Numbered from the stretch's first letter, positions 13,801-26,976 are shown. The stretch: DNA of 64,000 nt from Torpedo marmorata (GCA_977017645.1 OZ360242.1:19964001-20028000), one strand, 5' to 3'. Numbers and translations are program-made. Notes: generated from the sequence alone by a model not told the origin.

Positions 13801-14721
13801 AAACAGAAAAGCAATGTAAAAACAGGAAGACTCAAGTGCCAAATAAAATAACCCAGGCCCTAAAACTATTGCTGCTAAGTTTTCTGTCATGTTCAATCCA
13901 CAAAGAATTTTTTATATCAAAGAGTCTTAAAGGCCTCAGCCTTTTGGAAAAAAAACTATCATAATTCTCAAGTGAACACATAGGCAAAGCATTGTACCAT
14001 TGTAATAGCATGGAAGATGTAAGCAATGAAAGACATAATTAAAGTCTCTATATACTTTCTTTGGGTAAACTGGAGTTTGTTCCTTATACTTTCAATTATC
14101 CCTATTGACTTTGCAATGGTTTCTTTGCTTACAAAAACAGCTCAGGCAAGAGTCTTAATCTCTTCGACCTGAGGAGTTTAAATTTCAAGTAAAAATAGAA
14201 AATAATAGTAAAACTCAGATCAGGCCAAATCTGTGATGAGAAACAGAGTTGACAACAGAAACATGCCTGTGCGATTTACTGAGCATTCTCAGCTCTTTTT
14301 GTTTCTGCTTTTTGTTTCAGGTTTTTGCTGTCCCATTCCATAGAAAATCAAATCAACTCATTTAGAAGTATGCCAGATTAAAAGCAAAGGGGGAAAGACT
14401 TCATGTCACAGGGAAAGACAACCAATTGTTTTCTTTCTTCCTGATGCTGAACAAAATTGCTTTTCAATTCAATCTCTCCTCTGCACCTGTGAAGCTCTGC
14501 CTTACAACTCCTCCCTTCCCCACCATCCCCATCCCTCAGTCTCCCCAGCATGTAGAAAACAAGTTACCTGTGTGAAATTATTATCGTAATGGGGAGATTC
14601 ATCCCAAAGTCATCAATTTCATGAACATTTTAAGGAACCTCTTACTTTAAACATAGGTAAAGTATTGATGTGAAAAATTTCCCTGGCCTCTCCAGAAATG
14701 ACAGCACGAATGCTGATGAAT

Positions 14722-15400
14722 TGAAGATTCCTTTATTGTCATGTAATAGTACAGAAAATGTAATATTACATGAAATTGCTTTCTGCCTGCTGTAAGAGAG
14801 AGAGTGTCCCCTCAGAGTCATTGAATGTTGATTCGCCTCCAGAGCTCCCGCAGCCTCTGCAGCTGCAGATTCCTGTTCGATTCATCAGCAACCCGAGCTC
14901 CAGATCCAGTCCGCTGACATGATCAGGAAGCCTTCAGTGCCCAAGGTCCTTCAGGAACCCCTTTTGCCCTCAGCAACCTCTCGAATCCCAGCTCCGATAC
15001 CTGGCTCCCATGAGCCAGTCTCCAACAACCGCAGCCCATGCGCATCCACCGGCCGCAAGTCGCCCGCAGCCTGGGTAGGACTCTCAGCCGCTGAGCCCCT
15101 CGCTGGTTCACCGCCGTGGTCACCGTCCTGCAGTGTCATCTCCTCTGCTTCTCCTTCTCAATAGGGGGGTTTTCTTCCCGTTTCTGGTGCCCTGCGCTGG
15201 TCCGCTGCTCCCCCGGAGTCTGCATCCCCTCGTGGCCGCTGCCAATCACTGACACCACCATCTTGGGCACCGACCCCGCAGTTGCAGGATTTTATTGGCT
15301 CCTTTAACAGGGCGTTTAAAGCCTGTACGGAGTCGCCGGCATTAGGACCGGGCGGTTGAACCCTTTGGAGCAGCGCTGTGTCTCCAAAATCCGCTCATTT
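14722..15400 (-). mobile_element. Same non-autonomous retroposon
   Basis: AAGATTCCTTTATTGTCATG start plus the shared internal blocks. Confidence 0.75.
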
Positions 15401-15549
15401 CAGATGCTGATGAATACTTCCAGCATTCTCTGTTCTGATGAGAGATGGTCAACCTCAAGTATTATATTGTTGATGTGATTTAAAAAAAAGCAGAGCCAAC
15501 AATCTAACTTAGTATCTAACAATACTTTTGTTTTCCACTGCTCTTTAAA

Positions 15550-17580
15550 CATTGGCCCTTTAGAAGTGAAGACTGAGAAGAAATAAATTTTAAGGATTCT
15601 AATCTATTTGGATTGAGCTGGATTGGATAACACAGAGGGCATTAAAAACAGTCTAAAAATAATAATCAAGGGGATTAATGGAGGGAGAAACAAAACAATC
15701 TCCATCACTGAACAAAAATTACCAAGCAAAAGAATGATGCTAAAGACCAACCAGTCCCCTGGACCTGTTTACATGCATCCTAGGGTATTAAAGGAAGGGA
15801 CTGCGAGATAGTGGTGAGTTGATGGTCATTTCCATAATCCCCTGGATTCTGGAGGCCCCTGGGAAATGAAAAACTGAAAATGTAATTAAAAACACACAGT
15901 AAATGCTGGAGGAACTCAGCCGGTCTTGCAGCATCCATAGAAGGTAAAGATATATTACTGACATTTCGGGCCTGAGCCCTTCTTCAAGCTATACCTTGTC
16001 ATATCTTGAAGAAGGGCTCAGGACTGAAACATCAGTAATATATCTTTACCTCCTATGGAAGCGGCGAAACCAGCATTTACTGTGTGTTTTTACTACAATC
16101 ACAGCGTCTGCAGACTTCCGTCTTTCACTCCTTAACTGAAAACGTAAAACATTTATTTAAGAGTAGAGTAAGTCATAAAGCAGGAAACTGTAGGAAAGTC
16201 AAACATATGTCAATAGAAAATACTAGAAACATTATTAAAGAGATAATAGCAGGATGTTTACAAAAATCACAAGGCAATCAAGAAGAGTCAGTGTGATTTT
16301 ATAAACGGGAAACAGTGTTTTTCAGTCTACTAATAGGAGAGCAAGTAGATGTGAAGCATTTGCATTTGATAAGGTACCACCTGAAATGTCACCATATAAG
16401 AGCGCAATGGGACAACATTTTGGTATCAATCATGGAAAACAGTGTCAGAATAATGGCACACTTTCATAATGGCAATCAGGTGCCATTATGAAAGGATCAG
16501 TAAGGAGGCCTCAACTATTCATATTCCATTATTATTAATGACTTGGATGAAGGAGTAAGTGTAGTATAGGCAGTTTGTGATAATACAAAATTAAGTAGGT
16601 TATCACGTTGAGAGAAGAGACCAATGAGCCTGCAATGGGATATAAATAAGTGCAGTGAGTGGTGTATAATGTGGAAAATGTGAGTTTATCTACTTTAAAG
16701 TAAAAAAAATTATTTAAGTAACTACAAAATACCGTGCATTTTTTTCTTGAACTATGCTAACTGAATATTTATTATCCATCTATCTTTTGTATTTATTATC
16801 ACTTTTTAATTTAATTTAGTTTAATGTATTCAAACTAAGTACCGTTCAGCAGCAGCAAGTAATAATTTTGGTGCATATGTATATTGCACAATGTATATTA
16901 CAATAAACTAATTAATTATCATTGTAAGTATATTTAGGTCTCCCAGTACATGATATAAAATAACAGTATGAAGGCACAGCATGTAAGATAATGTAAGGAA
17001 GATAATGGATTGTTGAATTTTATTGCAAGGATTATAGAGTATAATAGCATGCAAGTTTGGATGCAGCTTTACAAGCTGCAATGCAACCAAACCTGGGACA
17101 CTGCATACAGTTTAGTTCACCATTTTAAGGAATAATATGATTGCATTGAAGACAATACTGAAAATGTTCAGTTAGTTGATTCTTGTGATAAAAGGCAGAG
17201 CCTTTCCTGATTAGAGTTCAGATAAGAAATGAAGGGTGTGTGTGTGTGTGTGTGTTGGGGTGGGGGAATTTATATGATTTATGCCAAGAGTTTTTCGCTT
17301 AGTGGAGGTATTAAGAAGTTGGAAGAATTGTTTCAGAACAAAGATGTCACCATTTAAAACAAATAAATGGAATTTCACTGAGGGTTATAAATCTCTGAAA
17401 TCCTCTACCCGAGACAGCTGTGGAGGCTGATTGATTGAATACATTCAAGAGGGAGATCAACAGATTAAACTACAAGTACGTCGAGGGGAATGGGAAGAGA
17501 ATGGGAACATGCTGTTGGAGACAGGTTGGATTATCCTGAACTTTATTGAATGCCTTGTGCTGACTAGTCTACCACATGTC
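15550..17580 (+). mobile_element. Long degraded CR1-clade LINE with nested insertions
   Basis: SPGP..MHPRVLKE, INDLDEG and 3' end remnants. Confidence 0.65.
15886..16133. mobile_element. Palindromic Penelope terminal-repeat dimer, second subfamily
   Basis: Inverted arms around CTTCTTCAAG...CTTGAAGAAG. 14 bp TSD AACTGAAAA(T/C)GTAA at 15872-15885 and 16134-16147. Confidence 0.8.
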
Positions 17581-17986
17581 CTTCTTTCCTCCCAGTAATA
17601 TACAGTACAAAAATCAAAAATTGGTTGCAAAGGATTTGGGGATCTCCTGAGATTGCCAACCTAATTATAGAAATGCATATCTCAAGTTTCCTTACTGCAC
17701 TGTGATGAATATTGGAGGTGGAGAAAAGTGGAAATTAAGTGAACCACAAGCTCACACTATAATTCAGAAAATGTCACTTCCTAGAAACGGGTCAGCACCT
17801 CACCACTGGACTCTGAACATTGGCTGTAGTTGTTGACAGTTTTATAGATAAGTGTCGAGTGATATAATTCCCAGCCTCCTTATGAAATGACAAGAGGCCT
17901 GCGAGGTAAAAGAAAAACCCCAGCTTTAACGACAGTGACCAAAATGCCCACTGGGATCAATGCAGCTTCAAAGCAAGGCTCCTTAC

Positions 17987-18435
17987 TTTCCACCTGCTGA
18001 GGGAGTAGTGCTCCGGAGCTCCAGTCCCCGCGGATGTCGTACTTAAAGGCGGCAATCCGGCGGCTGATGTCCCGGTGCAGTGTGGATTGGATGAAGAGCG
18101 TTACCCTCTCGCCGGCCAAGCGGCTGAAACAGTGCACTTTAGGCTCGGCCCCCTCCTCCTCCTCCAACGCTGCTTCTCCCGGGTGATCTCGGACCAGCAG
18201 CTGCAGCTCTGCTCCCTCCTCCAGGTAGATCTGCGCCCCACGAAAGTCGTCGGCCGGTTTGATGCACGCCGTGATGCGACCGAAGTTTCCTCGGGTAGCC
18301 GAGGAGGCGGTCCGCGAGGGGAGCCGGGGAGAGAGGCTAAGTCGCAAAGCTCCCACTGGATACAACCACTCCACATCCCCTTCGGCGCAGTTAAGGAAGA
18401 TCTGCTCCACGTTGCCGGGCTCCTGGGATAGACCA
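17987..18435 (-). CDS. METRN: Meteorin coding exon 2 (CUB-like domain)
   Basis: ORF 17880..18479 contains SGLSQEPGNVEQIFLNCAEGDVEWLYPVGALRLSLSPR...CIKP...FRGAQIYLE...LFIQSTLHRDISRRIAAFKYDIRGDW. Acceptor ccgccgcag|T at 18435; donor GAAA|GTAAGG at 17987; 449 nt, phase 2 to phase 1. The QEPG..EWLYP.GALRL pattern fits METRN better than METRNL (HEAH..EWMYP.GALIV). Confidence 0.93.
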
Positions 18436-20805
18436 CTGCGGCGGAACACAGGCACGTTAGTGACAAAATGCACCTGCACACATCTCCAACACCTTTAACA
18501 TCGAGGCAGTGAAATCCATCATCTGTTCCACTATTATTCATCTAGGACCATTAGCGTGAATTGGAAAGCCCAATAACGAATCCCTAAAACAGGCGAAACC
18601 AGTCAACTTCTCGGACGGTGCTAGCCCTGCCCTTTCCTCATCCCTTGCATGGCACGGCATCATCTCAGGTACCGTGACCAGAGCTTACAGGTTTGCTGCG
18701 TTAAAGCTAATCATTTGTCTGATGTTGCCTACATTTCTGCCCTTTTATTCTTTCCGCTCAGAGTCGCCAGCAGAAAATCTCTGCAAATGTAGAGAGTAGA
18801 GAACGGGGGACAGTGCCGGGACTGCGACCTTCTTCAGACATTGTGGAGTCGAGGTGGATTTGCTCACTACCCCGTTCAAATGTGCGGATCACGCGAAATT
18901 TGGAAGATTAGTTGGTAGTGGAGAGGATAGTAAAAGATAGCATGAATACGGAGTGAATGGACAGAGGAATGAAAGATGAAATTTGAAGAAGTGCGAGGTG
19001 ATCTTCGTTCTGCCAAAGGGCGGGGGACAATATAAAAGTGACCGCTTTTTTTTTTCGAGCGCTGGGAGGACAGTGTGTGTATTATAAAACATGGTTGGTG
19101 AAATAACCCAGATCCTCGGCAACATGGAGGCACAGGTTACAAAAGTAAGGAATTTACTGTTCCAAACACTGTCCAACTCAAATTGGGATACAGCTTTCTT
19201 TTTAAAAGTTGCGAAAGTGCAAAGAAAATCAGAAAAAAAAAACCATTAGAATTGTTGCAGGGAAAAGGGAGTTCAGCTGTAGAGTTAAACCGGAGTTATT
19301 GGAATCCCCCTCTCTCGCTGGAGAAAGGATTGAGAGGACATTTGACAGGTGCACACGATTCTCTGCGCCTGAGAGAGAAGGGGGGGGGGAACTATTCCCA
19401 TCAGACCCGAGAAACACAATTTCGGGCAAATATGGGAGTAAAGGTGTTTTACTTGGTCACCGAGATTCCCAATTCGTTATCTGCAGGGGTGATGTTTAAT
19501 GAAGCAAAAGGGAGAACAATTGAGAGGATTGATGAGGAAAGAGGCGGGAATGTTTGTCGGGATAGATACGATAGGCGGAATGGCCTCTGCTGTAATAGCT
19601 GACTTTACACCCGCCCCGCGAATGGAAATCTGCCATCGAAGGATGAGATGATCTTCTGCTGAAATACCTAATGAACCCTGATTCCACCTGCCACCAACAG
19701 TTGTTGCTTTGGGCTGTTGAAGAAGATACAAACGCGAACGCCTTAAAATACGTTCAGGTCTCGCTCAGTGCGCCAGCTATTTCGCAGTCTCTGACCCTTC
19801 CTCCTTTTGAAACCAGTTTTACCTGTCGGACGGAGTTCGTCTTTTAACCAACGAAAACACAGGCAACTCAAGCCTAGCAGTGAAACGTCGCTGTGTGGAA
19901 CCTACCTCCCCACGGGTTTAATCTTTGTCATCGTTCGAATTAATTCAACACGCAAAGGTCGCACCCCCACCCCTAACCACCATCGTCCGCATAAAGATAT
20001 TTTGCAAACAAAATAAATTTAAAGCACAGATGAAGTGGTGACTGGGTCCCACGCTCGGGAGAGAGGACAGATTGCAAGAGATTCCGCCGCTGTCAAGCGC
20101 ATCGCTGCACTTAATGGAAAAGACAATTGTAACAATAAGAGTGCGCGCCAAATATAACAAAGGGGGTCCATTTTAATACAAAGATGAACTCCACCACAAA
20201 TTATCGACAACAATAATCCCATCATGGGAAACAAAATCGAGTTCAGGGCTCTTGCTCTTGAGCTAAAATTGTGTGCAAAGTGATGTTCTAGATACGAATT
20301 AAAATAAGTCCATTGGTCAACAAATACAGACAAGGTAGGAATGTGAGTAGTAAGATCATCTAACACTCGTTTGATGGGAGCCAAGCTGCTTTCAGCAACA
20401 AATGACACAAACCAGACAGGCATTCCTGACACAATTCATCAGGACGCTCACGTTTTCCGCGGAAATACGTGAAACATTAAGAAAGTTGGCAAGACATGAC
20501 ACATGACTGCTATTTTCGAACACAGCCGATGCGAAACAAAAAAAAAAACTCTCGAGATGATCCCTGCCGTTTCTTGGAGATCATTCAATTTTTCGTCAAC
20601 CAGAAAAACGGCGACAAACTTATTTCTATTCACAAGAGGATCCGCAAACATAGTCCAGAAGTTTAGCGAGGTGGGCAGGGGCGCAATTTCTAAAGAACTT
20701 TAAAGCGACTTTGTCCCGTTCCCGACTGTGAAACGATTAATCCCTATAAAGTTCAGGATTTTAACTGACTGATATTATGGTAAATTAATAAAAACAGCCC
20801 CATAC

Positions 20806-20906
20806 CTTCCTTTCCAATTGCATTGATCTACAGAGTAATTGGAATATCCCGTTTTCACCAGGGTCAGTAGAAAAATCCAAAGTGCAAAAGGAGTGATCAA
20901 CGGCAT
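20806..20906 (-). CDS. METRN: Meteorin coding exon 1 (signal peptide plus YSxDxCxWKG motif)
   Basis: Manual translation gives MPLITPFALWIFLLTLVKTGYSNYSVDQCNWKG + AG, followed by donor AG|GTATGG. The start context is GAAGATG (A at -3). The phase-2 junction joins exon 2 as WKG-S-GLSQEP, matching human METRN CSWRGSGLTQEP. Too short for the ORF track. Confidence 0.92.
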
Positions 20907-20929
20907 CTTCAAACGTAATCCTGATTTAA

Positions 20930-21345
20930 ACAACTGGAAAACGTATTACAAATGATAACCAGGGAGAAATGTGGTAAAGTCCGCAACAAAGCGTGGGCAT
21001 TCTTAGTATTCCGCGGGACAAGTCGGCTGCGTTCTGCCCGTCCCGACCTGACCCTTCCTTCACTGTTCCCTCAGCTTCAAATCTCTTACACTGACATACT
21101 TACACTGACCAGACTGCGCCTCCTGCTAACTTTTGTTCCGCACTCCGGATCTCCCTGGCCAATCAATCCACAAAGGTGGCAGTTCTTTTTTTTTGCCGAC
21201 AGCCAATTAGCGGGCTAAGTCGATTTTGCCGAAATCACGCCTCTAAACATGACGTCTGCCGGCGGCACAAGTATGGATTTTTAAAAGGGCAATGTCGGTG
21301 ACTGAACTCGCCCCCTTGGGACCAGTTTCTCTTTATAGCCCTGCC
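20930..21345 (-). promoter_or_regulatory. Putative METRN promoter / 5' UTR region
   Basis: CpG-rich and immediately upstream of the ATG. Two CCAAT boxes (about 21159 and 21203, + strand), a CRE-like TGACGTCT (about 21250), TATAAAG on the minus strand (21331-21337), and a GTAAGT donor at 21103. Confidence 0.55.
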
Positions 21346-22741
21346 ACCTTAACGAGAGCACTTTCCTAGATACCGAATTTTAAACAAAACCATTTTGATG
21401 CCATGTCGGCAGAGTATTGAACAAATCCCAGTGTTCAAGATTCCAGCATCCGAGTTCTTGTGTTTCTCGGTTTCATCCACTTCGAAAGTCTACAATTTTT
21501 GAGGAAGAATCTCTAGGTGCCACATGCACTTCCCAAGAAAGGACGTTCGAGATATTATCATTCTCTGGGGATGTTTGCGACTCGATATTAACAAGTATGC
21601 AATACACAGTGTTTTTGTTGTAACTTTAAAAAGCCGCCAATAAAATTCTCTCATCGGAATTTCACCTACACCTCAGCGTAGATATCACCAAATTGTATGA
21701 TAATAAAGTATCTTCATGTTATTTATAAATCAATCTAATGTTATTCACAGTAAAGAATGTATGTGACCATCACATTCCAAGGCTCAGTGCGCTGAATGTA
21801 ACGTAACATTTTTTTCCAAGTAGTTATTGCACAATATATTTTCCCCTGATTATCCGTGACTTAATTACAATAGGTATTTATAGAAAAGCGCTTTCCACGC
21901 TAACGTTGTTTTAAGAAGTCAGTTTAGTGCCTAGTTTTATTGATACGGGAATCATGCATACTAATTATTTTCCGAACCCACCGCAGTCAAATTTAGCGAA
22001 CATTGCTTCAGTAGAAGATTTGCAGAATGACATACATAACATTTTAGTGTAATGCAGATTTAAGAAATAGATAAACTTGGAATGCACAATTTATATTTAT
22101 GTGGCCCTAAATTTAAACATAGAAGTTAAGCCGGTAACTTTGTGGATATTATTTGCTCCAAATTCTAGCATAGAACGGTGGAGAATAAATGTGTAGTCGC
22201 TTGTGTCTCCGTGGAATATTATCGTGAGTCACTGAATATTTTAGCAAGCCAACCGCTTTTTTTAAAAAATAAAGTTTGCTGGAGGAACAAGCAGCATCAG
22301 TCTGCTTGTGGCGGTGGGTGGGCGGGAGGCGAGTTGGGGGGGGGGGGGGGGTGAGGGAAGAGTTGACGACGTTTTGGGTCAAGACCGTGCATCAGGTCAG
22401 TAAGAAATGGGTTTCAACACGACAATTAAACTCCAACTGAACCTCGGCTCCCAACAAGTGTTTTCGGCTTAAAGAGAATATTCCCTGATATAAATAATAT
22501 TGGCGAACACTTCCAGTTTAGAAACTACATTACAGTTTCCGACTTATTCATCACGTAAAGAGCGCTTTTGCTGATGACACATTTGAGAAAATAAAGGCCT
22601 CAATGGCAAGTTATCCAGCAAATCTCCGCTGGTGGAATGTTAATGCTCTTTGTCCGCCTTTTTGAGTTGCATTCCTTTTCCATAAGAACATCCAGCAATC
22701 GTGGCACCCTTCCCCTAATCCAACCAATACTTTAATAAATT

Positions 22742-22935
22742 GGGGGCGGCACGGTTCGCCAGCGCCAGCGATCGGGACCGGGGTTCTAATCCCGCGCTGT
22801 CTGTAAGGAGTTTGTACGTTCTCCCTGTGTCTCCGTGGGTTTTCCCCGGGGGTCTCCGGTTTCCTCCCACCGTTCAAAACGTACCGGGGGTTGTAGGTTA
22901 ATGGGGTGTAAATTGGGCCGTATGTCTAAAAAAAA
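22742..22935 (+). mobile_element. tRNA-derived V-SINE
   Basis: GGGGCGGCACGGTT...CTGTAAGGAGTTTGTACGTTCTCCC...CTCCGGTTTCCTCCCAC. Confidence 0.8.
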
Positions 22936-25099
22936 ATTGTTTTTAATTAAAATTGATGTATATATTGTGGTTTGAAAGAAAATAAAACTCTTCCAAGGAT
23001 TATTGTTTTTTTAAGCGTATTGTATTGTCGTATTGCCCGCCAAAATTTTGAAATAGAGAGCAGAATTCCATTGACAATGCGAGGAGACAGACGGAGTTCG
23101 ATGCAAACCGCTGATGGAGAGAAAATGACCAGAGACATGTCTCGGATCATTCAGCGGCGATGTAACCTCAGCAACACTTCGCGGATTGTTCCACAGGGAT
23201 CCATTGAAAGCCACGCATTCCGCAATCATTTATATAGTCTGATGTATGCAGGCAGTGGGTTGAAATCTGCTGTGTAACTTCATGTTTGGGGCACGCTCGC
23301 CCTACAGGATGCCACAGTTCACCCCTTTCTATTTCAGCTGCAGTGTTACGACGAAACCCTGTTTTTTTTCCCCCCCCAGCCCCATAGCAATAATAACATC
23401 GACATTTTAAGCAACTGCCCTAAAGTGGCAACTAGTCCGAGACGTATTGCAACTCTTAATGAGCAATGGGTTGTATTTTTCTCTCTGAGTTCAATGTATT
23501 AAAGAACAAACGTCTTCAATCGTTTTCTGGACCTCAATCGGGCTACGCGGCTGTTCTGCATGGTCAAGGTGAATTTGCTGAATTTTGACATGTCAGCAGT
23601 GCAAAGGAGACGGTGGCTGTCAGTCAGACACCGAGGCTGATCCGTGAACCGTGATGGTCAGGGTGATGAGGAGTGGAGGTTCACTCCCGCCTACAGTTTG
23701 TCAAGCGCCAGATTTCAAGCAGTCCCGCCAAAATGAGCCCCGTTCATTGAGTTGAATGGTCAATAAATTATCATCGCCCCATCCATTGTCTAATGCACAT
23801 CAGAAATTTGTCCTGCTTTTTGTATGGAAACATTTCCAGATAAGTGAAAAGAGGCATCTGATTGGGGTTGCAATGCACAAAATAATTATTTGTTCTCTTC
23901 TAGCTGTGGTCCAAGAAGTGTGGTTCAGTGTACAGTGCACGGCGCTCCGGCGCCAGTCGTTTCGCGCTCATCCTTAAACTGAAACATTAATCTGAGCAAA
24001 TGACCGGTTACGAGCTCACCGGTTAACTAACCAAATCGATTATCATTTCAACCTTATATGACAGTGCATACGCCATAACAGTTGGTCAACCAAATACTAT
24101 ATAAATTAAAACCATCTTGACATATAGATAAAATCAGGTCAGTAAATGACTAAGAGGTAAGTACTTCGGTTTCCTTTCCACTTGCTGGCCATCCTGGAGA
24201 AGTGGGACGGCTTGGACAAGTAATAGCATAAAAATACCAAAGATTGGGTAGCAACATTCTAATCTCTCCTTCCCAACCCTTCTCCAGGAGGCCTCCGCAT
24301 AATTGATCCGAATTTACAAGGGGTGCAGTATAACTCTAACGCAGTGGAACGCCGCATTTCAAAAGTGCCCAGGCAGTTTGATGGGCCTCCCGGGGCCTTA
24401 TTAAACTTGCCTTTGAATGTTTTTATTGTTAGTAGATAGCAGATGTTTCGGCCCTGCTACTAACATTATAAAAGCTAACCATCCTGTGATTGGTTACCAA
24501 GGATACCTCGGGAGGGAGAGAGGGTAGTGAAGGCTCATTCTATAATTGGATATGGCAAACGGGCTGAAGGTCTGGATCAGACATTCAGGATAATGGGATA
24601 ACCCTAAACATAAAGGCTGGGGAAGGATTTCCCTGTATCCTGATCAAACTTCTCACAGGGAAAGTCAGCATAGATTTGTGAATGGAAAGTCTGGTTGCCT
24701 AATTAGATTGGTTTTTGAGAGCATCTCAATGGTGACTGAAGCAAAAGGAATTGTTAAAATGTACATGTGAATTGTTCAGAACGTATGCGGTGTGTCATGC
24801 AAGGCGTAGAAACAAAGGTATGTGACAGAAGCGAAGCTTATCTAGAATGTATTGTGGATGTGGATTTTTCTGTCAGCTCATGCCCTGGAAATATCCAAGT
24901 GCTGCCAATGGAAGTAGGTCAATTAATTAAACAACAGGATTTATGAGCAAAGACCCACAATTTAGTTGGGTGCAGTTATGGCTCTTCATTTCTCACTCCT
25001 TCATTTGAATTTCTCCTCCAGAGAACCAGGTTCGCACTTCATGGCAAAACAATCAGCTTATCGATTGTGGGTACAAATGTATTGTGGGTTTTAGTTAGT

Positions 25100-25870
25100 A
25101 GATTCAAGATTCAAGATTCCTTTATGCAATAGTACAGAACAAGTAATATTATACGAAATTGCCTTCTGCCTGCCGTAAGGCAGACAAACAGACGCCATTA
25201 GTGTTGCCCGGTGCCCCTTACAATATGAGAGAAAGAGAAGCAAAAGAGAGTCCCTTCAGAGACACTAAGTGTTCGTTGATTCGCCTCCAGCGCCCCCGCA
25301 GCCTCTGCAGTCGCACAGACTCCTGTTCGATTCATCAGCAACCCGAGCTCCAGATCCAAACCTCCGACACGATCAAGAAGCCTTCAATGCCCGAGGCCCT
25401 TCGGGAGCACTTCTTCCCCTTGGCACCCTCTCAAATCCCGGCTCCGATACTTGGTTCCAATGAGCCAGCCTCCAGCAGGCCGCAGTCCGTGTGGGTCCCC
25501 CGTCCACAAGTCGCCCACAGCCGCTGAGCCAATCGCTGGTGCGCTGCCGTGGTCACTGTACCTGTAGGGTCACCTTACATGCTTTTCCTTCTCAATGGTG
25601 GGGGGTGGGGGGGGGGTTGTTCTCCCCTTTTCTGCTGCCCTGCACCAGTTCACTGTTCCCTGGAGACTGCAACCCTCGAGGCCGCTGCCAAGCACAGGCA
25701 CTGCTATCTTGGGCACAGACCTGTGGTTGCAGGATTTTAGTTCAAAAACACCATTGGCTCTTCTAACATTCTGTTTAACGCCTTTACGGAGTCGCCAGCA
25801 TTTGGACCATGCGGTTGAACCCTTTGGAGCAGTGGGGCGTCAGCACTGCCATTACAACGGCTCTCTCAAT
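25100..25870 (-). mobile_element. Same non-autonomous retroposon
   Basis: AGATTCAAGATTCAAGATTCCTTTAT start; TCTGCCTGCCGTAAGGCAGAC; shared internal blocks. Confidence 0.8.
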
Positions 25871-26089
25871 GACGCCTTTGCAGCATATATTTCACTGGTT
25901 AATTTTTACTTCTGTGGATCACATATTTAAACATTCTTCATCCTGGTGAAACCTTTAATATAATCTGCCTGTTCGTATTATGTGTTCCATCTAAAACTGT
26001 GTAAAATAATATTTAATAGTCTGCCAGATGACATCTGAAGAGAACCATCGCAAAAAAGCTGTGAATAAGGTACAAGAAAACATTGGACA

Positions 26090-26720
26090 TGAGTGGGTAT
26101 CTGGCTCTGGTTAGTAGTTGGGAAGCAGGATACTAAGGAAAGTCTTCTAATACATGGTATGCAGAAAATTATGTTTTCCTGAGATCTACACGGGTGCCTC
26201 AAATTTTCCCCATATTTATTAATTACAGATGAAGGAGTAAAGAGTTGAACATCGATGTTTGAAGATGACACTTAAGTTTAGAGGATGGGGGCAGGAAGTT
26301 ACAAATAGGCACTGGTCCAGTGGCAAAGCTCCAGCCTATTCCTGAAGGAGTTCAATGCAAGGAAGTCGACAGTCATATATTTTTGATCTGCACAAGTTAA
26401 AAATGGATATTTGCATGTGGTCAGAGACCTGAAAATGAGCAAAACAATCTGAGTGCCCATAACATAACCCCATGGATTATTTCACAGATCACTAAAAACT
26501 GAGGTACAGGTACTAAAATCAACCAACAGGCTGTTAGCTTTCAATTCAAATGGTTGTAAAACAATAGAGAGGAAGGAGGTGATGCTTTTTTTGCGTAGTG
26601 ATTTCCTCAGACCCCAACTAACGTATTGCATTCTATTCTGGATCCTGACTTGCAAGAAAGATGCACTGCTCTGAGGACGGGGCAGTGCAGGGAGGGGGGG
26701 GAAGGAGGAATACAATACAT
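26090..26720 (+). mobile_element. Degraded CR1-clade LINE
   Basis: KANRLLAF-like and RPQL.YC..FW.P remnants. Confidence 0.55.
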
Positions 26721-26734
26721 ATCACAAAGGATTT

Positions 26735-26976
26735 TTTTAATTTACAATAAGGTAGAAGCCAATTCTGGCCAATTGAGACCCATGCCGCCCAATTACACCC
26801 AATTAACCTACAATCCCATATGTCTCGGAGGGTGGAAGGAAACCGAAGCACCCAGGGAAAACCCACGCTGGCGATGGGGAGAACATACAAACACCTTACA
26901 GACAGTGCCGGATTCGAACCCGGGGCGCAGGCGCTGAAATAGTGTCACGCTAACTGTTACACTGACCGTGCCGCCT
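26735..26976 (-). mobile_element. tRNA-derived V-SINE
   Basis: Reverse copy with GGTTCGAATCC and V-domain. Confidence 0.8.

Noticed and set aside
1-17800. METRN exons 3-4 (CRPC..CTSDF; LGCAP)
   Set aside because: A manual scan found no convincing match. The near-hit VCRPICM at about 7990 runs into a stop. The exons probably lie left of the window, but I may have missed a 60 nt exon.
17880-18479. The 199 aa ORF as a single-exon gene
   Set aside because: Both ends are intron read-through; splice sites delimit 17987-18435.
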